Source of the DNA: Felis catus
Lineage: Eukaryota
Assembly: GCF_018350175.1 (NCBI RefSeq)
Contig: NC_058368.1
Span: 34,846,001-34,910,000, forward strand
Direction: 5' to 3'
DNA: 64,000 nt
The translations under genes and the position numbers were made by a program. Below the pieces are notes generated by a model that searched no databases, had not been told where the DNA came from, and saw nothing but the letters and a program-made list of their open reading frames with translations. Shown one piece after another: positions 1 through 14,114 of this stretch; position 1 is the first letter of the stretch; every line of letters begins with the position of its first letter.

Positions 1-698
1 CTCAATGTCCTTTAACTCTAACCAGCACATAATACCTTGTTTAGTTTCTGTGTCCAACGGTCATTTTTCTCCTAGCTGTGACTGCCAAAAGACTTGCCAA
101 TTAGTGTCAATCGTAGAAGTAGATTAGGAATGTGGGCATCTAACCAGGAAAAAAAGAACTAACATCATTAACACATTTTGTATGAAAATAAGAGCAACAT
201 AAAAGTTGTCATTAATAAATTTATCCTAAAACATAATCTCATAATATTTTCTAGTCTTCAAAAAAAATCAAACTCCATCAATTAATTTTATCAAACTGAA
301 AGTAAGGTATGATCACATGACATTCTGTAAATCTATTATCCAGTCTATAATATAGATAATATTATTATTTGTTTCTCAAATTATCTCATGCATTTTGATG
401 ACAACTGTCTAGAGAAAATCAACAACCAGAAGACAGCCTTCTGACTGTAGTTTTTCATTGTGTCTTCTTTACATGCTATCAAAATTTTAGTGGGGAAATT
501 CAAAATAGGTATACAGGAAAGAAATACTTCCACACTTAATCTAGAGGGAGGTAACTCTTTCCCAAGGGATGTGCAGATAATTTATAGTTAAAAAATTTCC
601 TTTGATCTCTATATCTCTATATCACTTTTTCTACTTGGAGTTAATTTGATTAAGTGAACACCAAGAGGGAATTTTTTTTTAAAAAAGGCTTTTTTTTT

Positions 699-740
699 GT
701 TTTTGTTTTGTTTTGTTTTGTTTTGTTTTGGGGGGGGGGG
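699..740. repeat. (GTTTT)n microsatellite followed by a G run
   Basis: Tandem gtttt units, then a poly-G run, read directly. Confidence 0.9.
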
Positions 741-1300
741 CAGACAGCCAGGAACACAGCAGCAGAACCTTTTTTTTTAATTGACTGAGACACCAGTGAT
801 ACACATAATTGACTTAACAATTAGAGATGGGCTCTGACGGCAGTGAGAATCTAAAATAGAGAATATGGCCCATGGATGGACTTGTGCATTTTTACTGATT
901 ATGAATCAAAAACAAATCTAATTTTAAAAAGTCTTAACAAAAACTCTGCTTTTCTGTGCACTGAAAAGAGCACACAAAACACAAAACATCTGTATATACA
1001 CTTTCAACTATCTGATATCATTTCAATGTCAACCTACTGATAAACACATCATTGTCTTGTTAGCTCAAAGCAGAAGCATCTTAATATAAAGATAATCATA
1101 AATGTGAAAACAATTCTAGTCCTGCTTCTTTTTGCAGGATTTCTTAAGTACACACTCTTACACTTTAGGTATATTCTATTTTCTGAGCCATCTTTTTATA
1201 TCAGTCTCTATGTGTCTTCCTACCAATTTCTATAAAACCTCTTTAAAAACATGATATATAATTATACAGAGAAAATACAGGATGCAACTGGAAAGTTATA

Positions 1301-1558
1301 GGGGCACCTGGATGGCTTAGTAGGTTGAACATCCAACTTCGGCTCAGGTCAAGATCTCATGGTTTGTAGATTCAGGCCCCACATCAGGCTCTGTGGTAAT
1401 AGCTTGGAGACTTGGACCTTGCTTCAGATTCTGTGTCTCCTTCTCTCTCTCTGCTCCTCCCCCGCTTGTGCGCTCTCGCTTGCTCTCTCTCTCTCTCTCT
1501 CTCTCTCATAAATAAATAAATAAACATTTATTAAAACAAAACAAACAAACAAAAACAT
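1301..1558 (+). mobile_element. CanSINE (SINEC_Fc2-like), outer element of a nested stack
   Basis: GGGGCACCTGGATGGCTTAG head, (CT)n tract, AATAAA/A-rich tail. TSD gaaagttata (1291-1300) / gaaagttcta (2002-2011). Confidence 0.95.
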
Positions 1559-1985
1559 GGGGCACCTGGGTGGCTCAGTTGGTTAAACATCTGACTTTGG
1601 GGCGCCTGGGTGGCACAGTCGGTTAAGCGTCCGACCAGCTCAGGTCACGATCTCGCGGTCCGTGAGTTCGAGCCCCGCGTCAGGCTCTGGGCTGATGGCT
1701 CGGAGCCTGGAACCTGTTTCCGATTCTGTGTCTCCCTCTCTCTCTGCCCCTCCCCCATTCATGCTCTGTCTCTCTCTGTCCCAAAAATAAATAAACGTTG
1801 AAAAAAAAATTAAAAAAAAAAAAAAAACATCTGACTTTGGTTCACAGTTCATGAGTTCAAGCCCTGTGTCCAGCTCAGAGCCTGGAGCCTGCTTTGGATT
1901 CTGTGTCTTCCTCTCTCTCTCTCTGCCCCTCCACTGCTCGTACTCTGTGTCACTCTCTCTCTCTCAAAAGTAAACATTAAAAAAA
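1559..1985 (+). mobile_element. CanSINE interrupted by a younger SINE
   Basis: Head at 1559-1598; body resumes at about 1839 and runs to an A tail near 1985. Confidence 0.9.
1599..1824 (+). mobile_element. Young SINEC_Fc-type SINE
   Basis: CpG-rich, near-consensus body. Perfect TSD aaacatctgacttt at 1585-1598 and 1825-1838. Confidence 0.97.
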
Positions 1986-2699
1986 TCATAACAAAAGAAT
2001 AGAAAGTTCTAAATAACACCAACTACATAAAATTTAGGAAAAATAAAAGCTCATACCTTTAAATGTGATTTAAAAAGATGAGAGCTAAGTCACTTCAACA
2101 AATGTGCTACCATGTGCTGATATGTATTGAAGCCTTAATGTTAGTTAAATATAATTTTGATATTTAATTTCTTTAGTCTTGGGAGATTGGGACTAAGGCT
2201 AAAAATGCATGGTATTTACTTAAAAGATAAGATGAGGTTTTGTAAAGCCATCTCAGTACTTCTAGGAAAATCAAGATTCTTTCTTAAAATAAACCTCAGT
2301 CAGTATACTCTTGGGTCTGAGCGTACCAGAGACTTATTTACAATGTGCAAAAACTGTTAAGGAGACCTTAGAAGGTTAAACATGGAGAAAACCTTTGGGA
2401 AGCTTAGACTAGGCTGCATTATCAAAGAAGGGATGCCTATTCCATAACAACCTTCTTGGAGAATAATAAATCCAATTAGTTGTTTAACTGTTAATTTTTT
2501 ACCTGCCTGTATTAATATGGTTATGAATGAAGCTATTTGGTACCCAGGACAGGCAAAGCCTGCTTACCCTCCATTTGAAGAGCCCTGGCAAATTTGCTTG
2601 GTCTGGAAGTTGCTGGTTTAAGATATGTATTGTAATTCTTCAGCTTGGGACCTCAGAAAACTACAGGATGAAGTTTTATTTCTAACATAGTTATGAATA

Positions 2700-2860
2700 G
2701 TCTCTAATAGAGCTATTAGTACCTTCATTTTAGAGATGAGCATCTGACACCCAGAGAGTGTAGTACCTTGCTTAGGGATACCTAGAAGATCGCAGACCCA
2801 GGATTAGAACCCAAACCCACATCTTTAAAATACCTTTTTGTTGCTTCCTACCATACTGTA
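2700..2860 (-). mobile_element. MIR fragment
   Basis: cattttagagatgag...cccagagag...ggattagaaccca resembles the MIR core. Confidence 0.7.
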
Positions 2861-3579
2861 ACATTATAGTTAAGCCATTCCTGCAATAATACTCTTATGC
2901 AGCAACTGTCATGTGGCAAGCACAATTCCTATCAAAGAAGATGATTTAGTGAAGAAAGTCCTATTTTCATGAAACTCACACTGTTTTTGTTTTTTCCTCT
3001 TACACTGACTACTGTCCACAGTGTCAGTAACTTCATGAACACATTTCTGTCAGGTTCTCCAGTACCTTAATGCTCTGCACTGACCACCTTGTCTCCCAGA
3101 CTTACGTAGGTAAATGTCTATTTTTTACAAAAAAAAAAAAAAATGTCATTGCCCAGACAAGGACAGTCACACCTACCTGGTCATATCTTCACACAAAATA
3201 AGGAAGGGTATGTGAATTCCTGGTGGAAGAAATTCTAATTGCATGTTTTGCCACTATTTCACCAAGATTCTCATGCAAGCCCTGGGGGAATGTTTTGTCT
3301 TCCCATGCTTATGAACAATTGCTGTAGTAAACCACTGTTACTAATGGGAGAGTGTCATGTCACAGGGATATTAGGGAAAAGAAAAATAAGAGAATTGCCA
3401 GATTAAACCATTAACTTCAGAGAACTGAATTTTGAATTTTTATAAGCCTCACTGGATTTGCTTCTTCTGCATGGTTCAAGTTATAAACCCTCAGGAAAGT
3501 GCCATATTTCCAGCAGGACAAGCTAACTTTTCAGAATAAGATCCAGAAAATGCTAAACCAAGAAATTCAAATACTTACC

Positions 3580-3792
3580 ATATATATATATATGTGTGTG
3601 TGTGTATGTACATACACACACACACACACACATACACATAAACCAAGTATATATATAGAGATAGATACTATATAACATCATATATATATATCATGATACA
3701 TATATATATCAGATATATAACATTATATATATGATACATATATATAATATGGTATATATGATCATATATATGGTATATATGTATATATATGA
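3580..3792. repeat. Compound (TA)n/(TG)n/(CA)n low-complexity tract
   Basis: Read directly. Confidence 0.9.
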
Positions 3793-4500
3793 TATTATTT
3801 TTCCATCAAAATTTCACTGATTAGGAAGATCTAACTTTTGGTAATACACTTAGTGAGAGACACTGTAGGGAAATACTTTTCTTTGTGGGAATGTTTATTG
3901 GTATTTACTTTAAGGCAATGGTGGTAATACCTACCAAAATTCCAAGTACATATACATTTTTAACAAGAAATTTCTTTCCCAGGTATTTATCCTACAGATA
4001 AACTCATACACAAGTGAAATCATATCTATACAGTTTTATTGATGGTAGTTTGCTAAAGCCAAATAATTGAAACCACTTAGAAATCCAAAAAGAGAACAGT
4101 AATGTTATAAACACACACATTTATCTATCAATATAACAGAACATTAAGTAGTCACAAAAATTGAGAGAGCTCTGTGGGGAAAATGCCCAAGATACACTGT
4201 TCAGTGAACAAAGAAAGGGGCAGAAGGTATTAGAAGGATGTTCAAAGTGCTTTACTATTGAGAAAAAAAGATGAAAATATTTTGATACATGTTTGCTCCT
4301 ATAGGAACCCTCAAAGAATCTCTATTAACCAACAACAATGGTTAAAGTGAGGAAAGGCAGATAACAAGACATATAAGTACAAGACTGGAAGAAAGAACTT
4401 TCACTTATATACTTGCTTATAATTTCAGATACTTGAACCATAAGTTTGTATAATATTCTAAAAACATCAATATAAAAATATATAAACTGATAAAACAATC
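3793..4500 (+). mobile_element. Old L1 (L1ME-like) 3' fragment
   Basis: aagaaatttctttcccaggtatttatcctacaga and downstream motifs resemble a degenerate L1 ORF2 end and 3'UTR. Confidence 0.65.
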
Positions 4501-4577
4501 AAACACAAACAGCTACTATTCTCAAGTTTAGTATGTGTTGTTTTGTGTCCAATGGGATACAGTGAAATCAATATTTT

Positions 4578-4815
4578 GTTTTTTTTATTTTTTTATTTTT
4601 TTAAAGTTTACTTATTTTAAGAGAGGGAGAGAGAGAGCAAGAGAATGAGAGAGTGGGGGAGGGGGCAGAGAGAGAGTGGGGGAGACAATCCCAAGCAGAC
4701 TCTGTACTACCAGCACAGAGCCCAATGCAGGGCTTGAACTCACGAACTGTGCGATCATGACCTGAACCGAAATCACGAGTCTGACACTAAACCCACTGAC
4801 CCACTCAGGTGTCCC
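4578..4815 (-). mobile_element. CanSINE (older subtype)
   Basis: Reverse-strand head ccactcaggtgtccc, (GA)n, T tail. Degenerate TSD aaa(t/c)caatatttt. Confidence 0.93.
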
Positions 4816-6399
4816 TAAAACCAATATTTTAAATATTTTTTGTCTTCTGCATGTGAGTATCATAAACACTACTTTAATTTGCATCTACAATTATGCTATA
4901 GAAATCAGTGTGAATGTAAGTTGTCCAATTTATTATAGCATCTAAAGACTAATATTGCAACTGACGTCGAGTGGTATTTTGCAATAAAACTGAGTGGTCA
5001 TTATAATCATTGGACTGACATTATATCAATCTATATCATGGATTCATTCCAAAATAAAATTTAAAAGTCTAGTGTTGAAAATGCAATGCTATTGTGGTTT
5101 CTTAAATAATTCTAAATTATATTCAGTTTCACCAAAATAGTTTACCTTAAAATTTATATTTTTATTAGCCAAGGAAGTAATTATTCTGTGTAGAAAATCC
5201 AGACTATATGGTATAAACCACAGAGGCATAAACTCTATAAAATTAAGGGTATAGATTATTTCATTTAGAATGCAAATCAGGAAAAAAAGTTATATATGCT
5301 TTATGGATTTTTAAATTGATAGCAAAATCACTTAGTTTCATAGAACAGTAATACAATGAATTTCAGGTTCTAATTTTGTGGGTATAAAAAGCACCACTCC
5401 TGATAAGAACATCTGACTTGAGTGTCTCTGAAAACTAGTTCCACAGATTTCCAGTGCTCTTCAGAACATGGGAACTGATTGTGATTAATCAGGGAAAAGC
5501 CCTTCTCTAATAAGGCTCTGTCCAGTCCAATTGCTGAACATGACAGTCTTGAGAATTACATCGCCAAATGGTCTACTAGAGATGGAAGGTTGAAAGATTG
5601 GCTGAATTAAATAGCTCACCTCAGATGACCTTAGAAATGGACATTTTGCCAGAAGGTGAAGAAAAACTCATGCATTACTGATTTTTGTATATTATATATG
5701 TATTTTGAAAGAAAAACATTACAGGACATTTCTTTTATCCTGAATACTTCCAGGTATTATTATGCTGTCTAAATGCCGCAATCACTCAGGTGACAGCCTG
5801 TGGTGCACATCCATCCCTTCACTCCTGATTACAGATAACATTTATAGCATGAGGATGAGGGAGGGAAGTGAGAGACTGAACACGGAGAAAAGTCATCAGG
5901 AATCACAAGAGAACAGAAGCTCATTTTTATGATTTTGCCATCTCCCAGTCAAGTGCCTGCTGCAGACATTTATTATGATTACAATGTGGGCTTCTAAGAC
6001 AAGTGAGTCATTTCTCAGAGTGGGTTACCCTCCAACATAATTAATAGCCAGAAGATTTTGTACGTGGATTTTTTTTTCCAACTAAATAGCAAAAGGTCTT
6101 TAAATTGGTGCACAGGGTAATGTATGATTCAATCATCACACAATCAAAAGACTGTTCTGACTGCACACAGATATGTCACTAGTCTCACCACAAGAGAGTC
6201 CTCCATTAATAAATAAATAAATATATATATTTATTATAAATAAATATATATATGTATATATATATACATATATATATGCTTTCATTTACTTGGAAAGGAC
6301 TTTTCATCAATCATATAAAGGCAGATTTTTATGGAAATCTCAATTTGGTGGTATAGATAAACCCTATCTTTAACATTATTTTGTTCCACAAATAAAGCA

Positions 6400-7190
6400 A
6401 TATAGATTAAAGAATTTTTTTTTCTATCAGAATAAGAGTTTATGAGCCATTGTATTTTTACCCCATTAAAATTTTTAAACATACATAAACGTACATAAAA
6501 TAATGATAAGCAAAAAGAAGAAAATTAAAATCACTCATAAGTTCAGTACTCAATAACCACTGTGGATGTTTATATATATCTTTCAGTTGTAACTTCTTGT
6601 GTTGCTACATCATGATATATTTACTTAACCTCCTCAGGTTGAATATTTGACCAACATTTGCTAATAAACAACCCTGGAGTGAAAATCATTTTAGCTACAC
6701 TTTTACATAATCCTATGATTATTTCCTGATAAAATATTCCTAGAAATATAATAGCATAATTTAAGACTTTTAATATGTATTATCTTATTTCCAAAAATTT
6801 GTACCAATTTATACCTCCACCATAATTTTCAGTCTGCATTTGCTTTCAATAAATCTGAAAATATAGATTACTGTCTTGGTAAAAATATTTTCCAAACTAA
6901 ATTTGTAAAAATTACATTACATGATGTCTAAATATGCATTTCCTTTATTATTAAAATGTAATCAGATTAAATCTGTAAACAGATTATACTCATCTGTTAA
7001 TTTTTGGATACCTGTTGATTTTGGATGCTTTACATATTTTATTGGTTCGTATTATTTCATATGTAAGAACATGTATATGTTAAAGTTATTAAATTGTTTT
7101 TCCTTTACCACTTACTCATTTGTCTTAAAATTTTTGTTTAATTATTTTCTAATATATTCAAATTTTCTACATTCATCTGTTAAGTCTATC
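6400..7190 (-). mobile_element. Old L1 fragments (L1ME-like)
   Basis: atttcctgataaaatattcctagaaat...ttgtaccaatttatacctccac resembles antisense L1 ORF2 end. Confidence 0.55.
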
Positions 7191-7194
7191 AGTC

Positions 7195-8125
7195 TGACAG
7201 CAATCAACTTGAAGAAAATGCCAATAGACAAAATTGAGTCAATACGAACTTTGAAATAATTAATGGATTATAACCCATAGTACAAAATAATTCTCCATGA
7301 GTCCGAACATATATGAATAAATAATTGAATAAGTAACTAAATACAGGAAATATACAGCTCTTCCTTACAGTAGAATTTCTAACTAATAAATACAGAAGGA
7401 ATAATGGAAATATAAAATTATCATTTGGAGTATTAATAAAAGTGAAACTTTTTCTAGGAAAGAATCATCTTTGTCTACTAAAACCAGTAGACAATAGTAT
7501 AAGGAGAAACAAGATATTTTTCAATATTTCAAAGTACCTCCCCATAAGATGCTTAGTAATTATAAAGGGAAATATAATAAACCTATAGTTGATGAGCCTT
7601 GTATACATCACTTTAACCAGATATCAAAGTAATAATCACCACTGATAAAGCTCTTTAGTATTATGCAACCCCTGGTAGGATGCGCTGAGAGAGCACGTCA
7701 TTTCTGAAATAGTCTTGTCCAAAATACATAATTTCAATCTAACCATGAGAAAACATGGTAAACCAAATCTGAGGGAGATTCTACAAAATATTTGGTCAGT
7801 ACTTTCAAAAGTGTCTAGGTCATGAAAACCAAAAAAAGACTGGGTAAACTATTCTAGATTGGGGAGACTAACAAAACATAATTAAGCACAAGGTTGGGTC
7901 CTTAGATTAAATTCTGAATCAGAAAAGGGGCATTTGTGGAACAACTGGAAAGATTTGAATAAAGTGAATCTGTCACTAGTAGTATGTCAATGTTAACTTC
8001 CTAGTTTTCATGCTGTACTGTTTACCTAAAACTTTATCATTGGAGGAAACTAATTGATGGGAATATGCAAGTACAACATACTACTTTTGCAACTTGTCGG
8101 TAGCCTAAGAATTATTTCAAAGTAA
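7195..8125 (+). mobile_element. L1MC4/5-like 3'UTR
   Basis: aatggattataacccata...aatctaaccatgagaaaacat...gtatgtcaatgttaacttcc...ctacttttgcaactt motifs. Confidence 0.75.
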
Positions 8126-8129
8126 GACA

Positions 8130-8347
8130 TTTTTTTAAATTTTTTTTAATCTTTATTTAATTTTGAGAGAGAGACAGAGTGTGAGCAGGAAAGGAGCAGA
8201 GAGAGAGGGCGATACAGAATCTGAAGCAGGCTCCAGGCCCTGAGCTGTCAGCACAGAGTCCAACGCGGGGCTCGAACTCACGAACTGTGAGATCATGACC
8301 TGAGCCGAAGTCAGACGCTCACCTGACTGAGCCACCCAGGCGTCCCC
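8130..8347 (-). mobile_element. CanSINE (SINEC_Fc2-like)
   Basis: Full-length reverse-strand copy. Degenerate TSD caaagta(a/c)ga. Confidence 0.95.
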
Positions 8348-8369
8348 AAAGTACGAAAATTTTTAAAAA

Positions 8370-8920
8370 GATGTTAACAATGAGCTCCCTAGAATTCTCT
8401 GTGTTAAGTATCATTTCTACAATATCACCCTCTCTATAAAGTTACATAAAATACTACTTAAAATACACTTTGGTTTTAGTATTTCACAACAAAAAATTTA
8501 ATTGATCTGGGATTTCTTTTCGTACAAATATAGAATAAGGATATGTATTTCTCAAAATGCTAATTAGTTGCCTTAATACCATTTATTGATTAGTCAGCTC
8601 TTTTCCTGCTTATGTGAACTGCCATTCTCATCTTATGCTAACAATTATTAAATGTCATTGGGGTTGCCCGCTCACTTTCACCTTTCTTTCATTGATCTCA
8701 CTGTTCTTGTGCCAGTTCTATAATGCCTGTATTGTTGTGAATTTATAATAAGTTATACTATGTGGCAAGTCAATTATCTCTTCATTAGGTTTTAAAAATT
8801 ACTTCAAAATTGGTTATTTCTACAGGTATTTCCTTTTATTACAGTAAATGAAAAAAATATTAGATTCCCAATAAGATTATTAGGATTAGTATTAAAATTG
8901 CATTATACTATTACATTATC
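8370..8920 (-). mobile_element. Old L1 ORF2 fragment
   Basis: aataccatttattga...ttcttgtgccagt motifs of antisense L1. Confidence 0.55.
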
Positions 8921-9259
8921 TCATGTTTCTAAATGTTCATTCATTTATTCATTCATGCTTCCTTTAAGAAATATTAATTGAGTGAAAGATTCCATTTGCG
9001 TAAAGAAGTGACTAGAAACTTCATTTGAGCTCTGGTTGGGGGGATAAAAGTAAACCGTACTATGTCTCCTGAGAGTTTAGAAAGAAACTAAATTTGAAAG
9101 AAAACATTTTTTTTAATTATCAGTTTCTGGGTAGAATTAATGAAAACTTCTGTAGGGCCATACTGCCAAGCTGGAAACACAGAATTCCTATGAACAGAAA
9201 CTCTTCTAAAGATGGTTTTATAATCTGTAATTACAGACCACACAGAAACAAAGTCAGCA

Positions 9260-10760
9260 AGAACACCTTCCTTCTCCTCTCTTTCCTAAACTCTGATGAC
9301 ATGAATCTTAGATTTCTGGATATTGTACCACAGGCCCCTGAATCTCTGTCAAATTTCATTCAGTCTGTTTTCTCTATCTTGTTCAAATGTGCAATTTTCA
9401 TTTTTCTATCTACCAGTTCAGAGGATCCTTTCCTCTCCTTCCTTCATTATGCTGCTGAGCCCATCCTTTGAGGTTTTCATTTCAGTTATTATATTTGTCA
9501 GTTCTAAATTACCAGTTGGTTTCTTGTCACATCTTTGATTTCTTTGCTGAGATATCTATTTCTTTAATGAGCCCTTTTATTATTTTTTTTATTTGTTTTA
9601 AGTGTGCGTGTAATTGCTCATTCAATCTTTTTTTCTTATGGCTGTTTAAAATCTTTGTCAGGTAATCTTAACTTCTCTATTATCTCAGTGTTGGTATCTT
9701 ATTGATTTTCCTTTTTGATATCTTTCTTGTTCTTGGTATGACAAGAGAGATCTTCAGTTGAAACACAGACACTTTGGGTATTGTGTCATTTAACTCTGGG
9801 TCTTATTTAAACCTACTATTCTAGCTGGCTTCTTATGATAACATTCAGGCAGAGAAAGAGAGAAGGGAGATTGCTTTGTTACTCCAAGTGAAGCTATAAG
9901 TTTGGGTATCCCAATTGGTCTTTACTGACACCCAAGGTGTGAGGGCTCCTTATAACTGCTGGTCATGAGAGAGAGCTCTAGCTTCTCATTTAACCTCCAG
10001 TGAGCCTTCTCTGACTAGACGGGAGGAGTAAAAGCACCTCATTACTCTTCTCACATGGCCTTCACTGACACTGTGTGGGGTGAGAGGGGAGGGGACATTG
10101 GGGCAAGTGGTAAAAGTCCTGACTCTCTACCAGGTCTTCTCTGGAACCACTCCAGTGGTGGGGAGGATGACAACTCATTACTGCCAAGTGGGAGCAGAAA
10201 TCCAGCCTCCACATACAGTCTCCATTCATACCATGGGAACATGGAGGAGAGAGGTAGAAGTGTGATTTGCCTACCTGATGGAGATGGTAGTCTGAGCTTC
10301 CTACTTTGCCTTCTCTAGCATGACTCCAGTGGGGGACTTTGTAGCCTTGTTACATACAGTGTGGACAGAGTAGAAGACTATAGTCCCTACCCGGCATTTG
10401 CTGGCATGGGTAGAGGAGGGACAGGAGCTTTTTCTGTGGTGTTTACATGGAAAAGTTACTGTCCAGAAGTTTTCTATCTGGATAGATTATCTCTTCCTAG
10501 TCCTTTTGCTAGAGATAACAGAATTGTATTGTAGTTTTTGTCTGCACTTACTGGCATTTCTGGATTGCTAGCTTCTTCATCTCCACCTGGGAGATGTTGT
10601 TCTGAAGGTACCAAGTTCCCTAACTAGTTTTTCTTTTCTGTACTTTTCAGAGTCTTCTTCTGTTTGCTTCATATATAATGCTAATGTTTTTACGGTTGTA
10701 CTTAGCAGGGGGAATACGGAAAAGTACATCTACTCCATTTCCTCCAATCTGGAAGTTTAC
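9260..10760 (-). mobile_element. Ancient L1M/HAL1-like 5'/ORF1 region
   Basis: T-rich antisense ORF1-like sequence (actctgatgacatgaatcttagat...cattatgctgctgagcccatcc) followed by a 5'UTR-like segment. Confidence 0.6.
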
Positions 10761-10786
10761 AATTCACTTTAAAAATCAGAAATACA

Positions 10787-10921
10787 GGAGCACCTGGGTG
10801 ACTCAGTCGGTTAAGCGTCCGACTTCAGCTCGGGTCATGATCTCACAGTTCATGGGTTTGTGCCCTGCATCAGGCTCTGTGCTGACAGCTCAGAGCCTGG
10901 AGCCTGCTTCAGATTCTGTGC

Positions 10922-10971
<50 letters not shown>

Positions 10972-11000
10972 CTCTCTCTCAAAAATAAACATTAAAAAAA
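10787..11000 (+). mobile_element. CanSINE with expanded (CT)n
   Basis: Head GGAGCACCTGGGTGACTCAG, long CT run, A tail. Confidence 0.95.
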
Positions 11001-14000
11001 TAAGAAAATATTTTAAGACATATATTTGCAAAATTTACAGAAACTTTGAGTTTTACAATACATTCAAAATTAATTGGAACTGGAATATTTCAACTTCTAG
11101 AACTTCAAGTTCTCTATTCCCCAGTAAGAAGTGGGGAGCAATAGAAATTAGAAATTAAAATTAGTTTTAATGCATTGCATTAATTATTCCATTTACTGCT
11201 TATTATCTTACTTCGTGGGTTTATGTACTTCTGAATTGTTACAGAAGAGAACCCAAGAAGCCAGTAAGCTAATTAAACTTGAGCCTCTAATACTATAAAA
11301 AAATACAAATTAAAAATTAAAAAATAATATCTCAAAAGTCCACACAAAAACATGAGGTTAAATTTTAACTTAGCTATTAAAAAAAAGGTATCTGAGTAAA
11401 TCAGTAAAAAGTATATATATTTAACTTTCTGATTCACTGGGGAGGGGGGCGAGAAGTTGTATGTATTGGTAGTAAGTCTCAGAACCCCAAGAACTTAAAC
11501 AACTATAGATAGAACTTTACTTTTAGGAATATTTTCTGATCATTTTTACCAAATTGCCAACTCAAATTATTCTCTCTCCCTTCACTTCTGTTCCCTTCCC
11601 TTTTTCTTCTTTTCTCTTTTTCCTTTTTTGGTAAGACCTTTTGTTCTTTATCACCACATATCAGTTACGACTATCTTCTGGATATTGGTATATTATGTCA
11701 AAAAACATTAGTAACCACTGGTTTGTGTCTCCAGAAAAATATAATTTCAAAAGAGAAAATTCAAGTAAATCTGTGAATTAAATATGACATGTGAGGAAAA
11801 GAGAAAATATTCCCAACAATACAGGTTCTGAAATATCTGCTATCAACCCTTTCCTTCATAAGCTTGTAACTTCCTACCTGGGAACAAATATATGGCAGCA
11901 ATGTTTCTCTTATGGATTTTTACACCTGATCCTCTACCCTGTTTTGGTCTTGATGAAGTATAGTGAAAAACTGACACAAAGATACTTGTTCTAGATAAAT
12001 TTTGCTACCTAAAGACTATAAGCAATGTATCAAATCAATATATTGTATACTTTAATTTACACAATCTTACGTCAATTGTATTACAAACAGAATTGTATAG
12101 AGAATATAAAATTCAATGTTTTTTTGTTTTATTTTTTCTTAAATGTTTGATATGCAGTGTTTAAAAACATCCTAACTAACCATAGTTCCTAATACTGTGG
12201 CTTGTTTATCAATGCTTATTTATTTTATGCTCCGTTTATATTGAATCCTTCTGTTGAATTGGAATGGTCTTCAAAAATATTCCAAAAGACTGAAGTCTTC
12301 CTCTGGCTACACAATGCGTAAATTCAATTTTAAGTGCAGAATATAATACTTGCACATAAATATCTGAAACCTTGCCACTGTTTGTGGTATTCTACCAATT
12401 TATTTCAAACAGTGCTGGGAATATTAAGCAACACAACCCCTTCTTCTGACAACAAAGGTGCTATTAAGGGCTGTTGCATCAATAATGGGTGGATGTAAAC
12501 TCCCTAAATAATCATAGATTGGATATTGTGTAGCAGTTTCAAAAGCGCAATTATAGCCCATTGTGTCAGTAATGTGTGCATTTAGGCCTCTTAATAGTAC
12601 ATATTGGCATAATGACTGTGAGATAGTGGAACTAGTTACCAAAGGGTAGATTCTCATTTCCTGGGTATATTTTAGGAGTGGAAATAACTATCTGTTTGAA
12701 ATTATTTAGGTTCATTCTTACTGGAGTCAGGGGGTTGGGAAATGTTGCCTCTAGTGGGCTCTTCTGGTCCTGTGTATTTAGGAAAAAAATTACTGAACTG
12801 TTACTCAAGTTTTTCCTCAACCTTGTTTCAGAGATGCAGAGCTCAATTTAGGATACACATGTGTAACATTTGTCTCAATTCAACTGCTACTTTGAAATGT
12901 GAGAAATCTATGCATAGGTCTCCCCAACTTGCTACTGCCATCGCCTAATTTGCAAGCCCACTGTTTCCGATAACAGAAAAAACAAGCAAACCTTTTAATA
13001 AAAAAAAAAAAATGCAGATTAAGCATCTCTGCTTAACATCAGTAATCCATTCCTGATCTCATCCTGAAAAGTCAAATGATCTGCATTAAAATGCTTACCT
13101 GGGGCCTATTTCCCAGTTTTTCTTTATGGGAAAATGATAACCTATGATCACACATCAAACCAAAAGACCCATTTCCTAAAATGTAACTAAAATACAGTAA
13201 TATTCTTACATGTAAACAACAGAGCTATCATGCTAAGATGTGAAATGCTTAAGGCACCATGTTCTGATCACAATCTGTTTTTTTAACCAGCAGTTTCTGT
13301 GCAGTTAAGCAGCATGTACAGTTTGCATGCCATTACATTGACATTGTATTTAGGATAAAGCAGAGCAAAACCATCAGATAGCAACACATAAATTGATTAG
13401 AGAAATACAAATAAAAACGTACGATGAAAAGGAGGCAATTTTCAAAAATAAAGTCTTTCTTATATCCTAAATGGGGTGGAAAATCAAGTTTGAAGAAAGA
13501 GGATAGGAGGAAAGAGGATTGCAGCAATCTGTTTCCGTTTCTGGTTGCAAAAGGGATGGGGCAGAGGACTTGGGTGATGGAGGGGCAATTTCAGGCCCAC
13601 CATGAGATTCAGAGTTGCTGGCAGAAACCCCTGCCAGGTTAGTGCTGCTCTAGGCACTGCTGAACAGGGAATAAGTATTACATATTTGTGGTTAGGCGAT
13701 TCAAGCTTTAGGGTAAAAGAATTACAAAATTGATCTTTGCTCACACTTTGCTGAATTTCAACTTTTTAAAAATAAGCATGTTGGAAGAATCCAGCCAGTC
13801 TTAGGTTTCAATGAAATGATAATATTCATAATTGCATCTGCACATCACTGTTCATGGCATTCACTCTACTTTTCTAAGTGTCTAAGCATATTCTGATGAG
13901 AGTTTTAAGAGTTTTTTTTGATAATAACTCTCACTCATCATGTATTATGTTTTGGACTCAAATAAAAGTCATCCCTACATTAACATGTACAAAACAAAAC

Positions 14001-14114
14001 CAACACAAAATCACATATAACTAAGGTTTCTAAAACCAAAGGGACATTTATTGATAAAATGTTAATAGGGAGACAATTTGGGGGTATGTCTACACTTTAA
14101 AAAGAACTGAACTT

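Noticed and set aside
1599..1680. tRNA-like A/B boxes
   Set aside because: These are SINE internal Pol III promoter boxes, not a tRNA gene.
3178..3285. Minus-strand AG...GT exon-like segment
   Set aside because: Stop codons in all three frames and no other support.
13099..13141. 43-nt minus-strand exon-like segment with CAG/GTAAGC donor
   Set aside because: Weak acceptor and no recognisable peptide; such sites are expected by chance in 64 kb.
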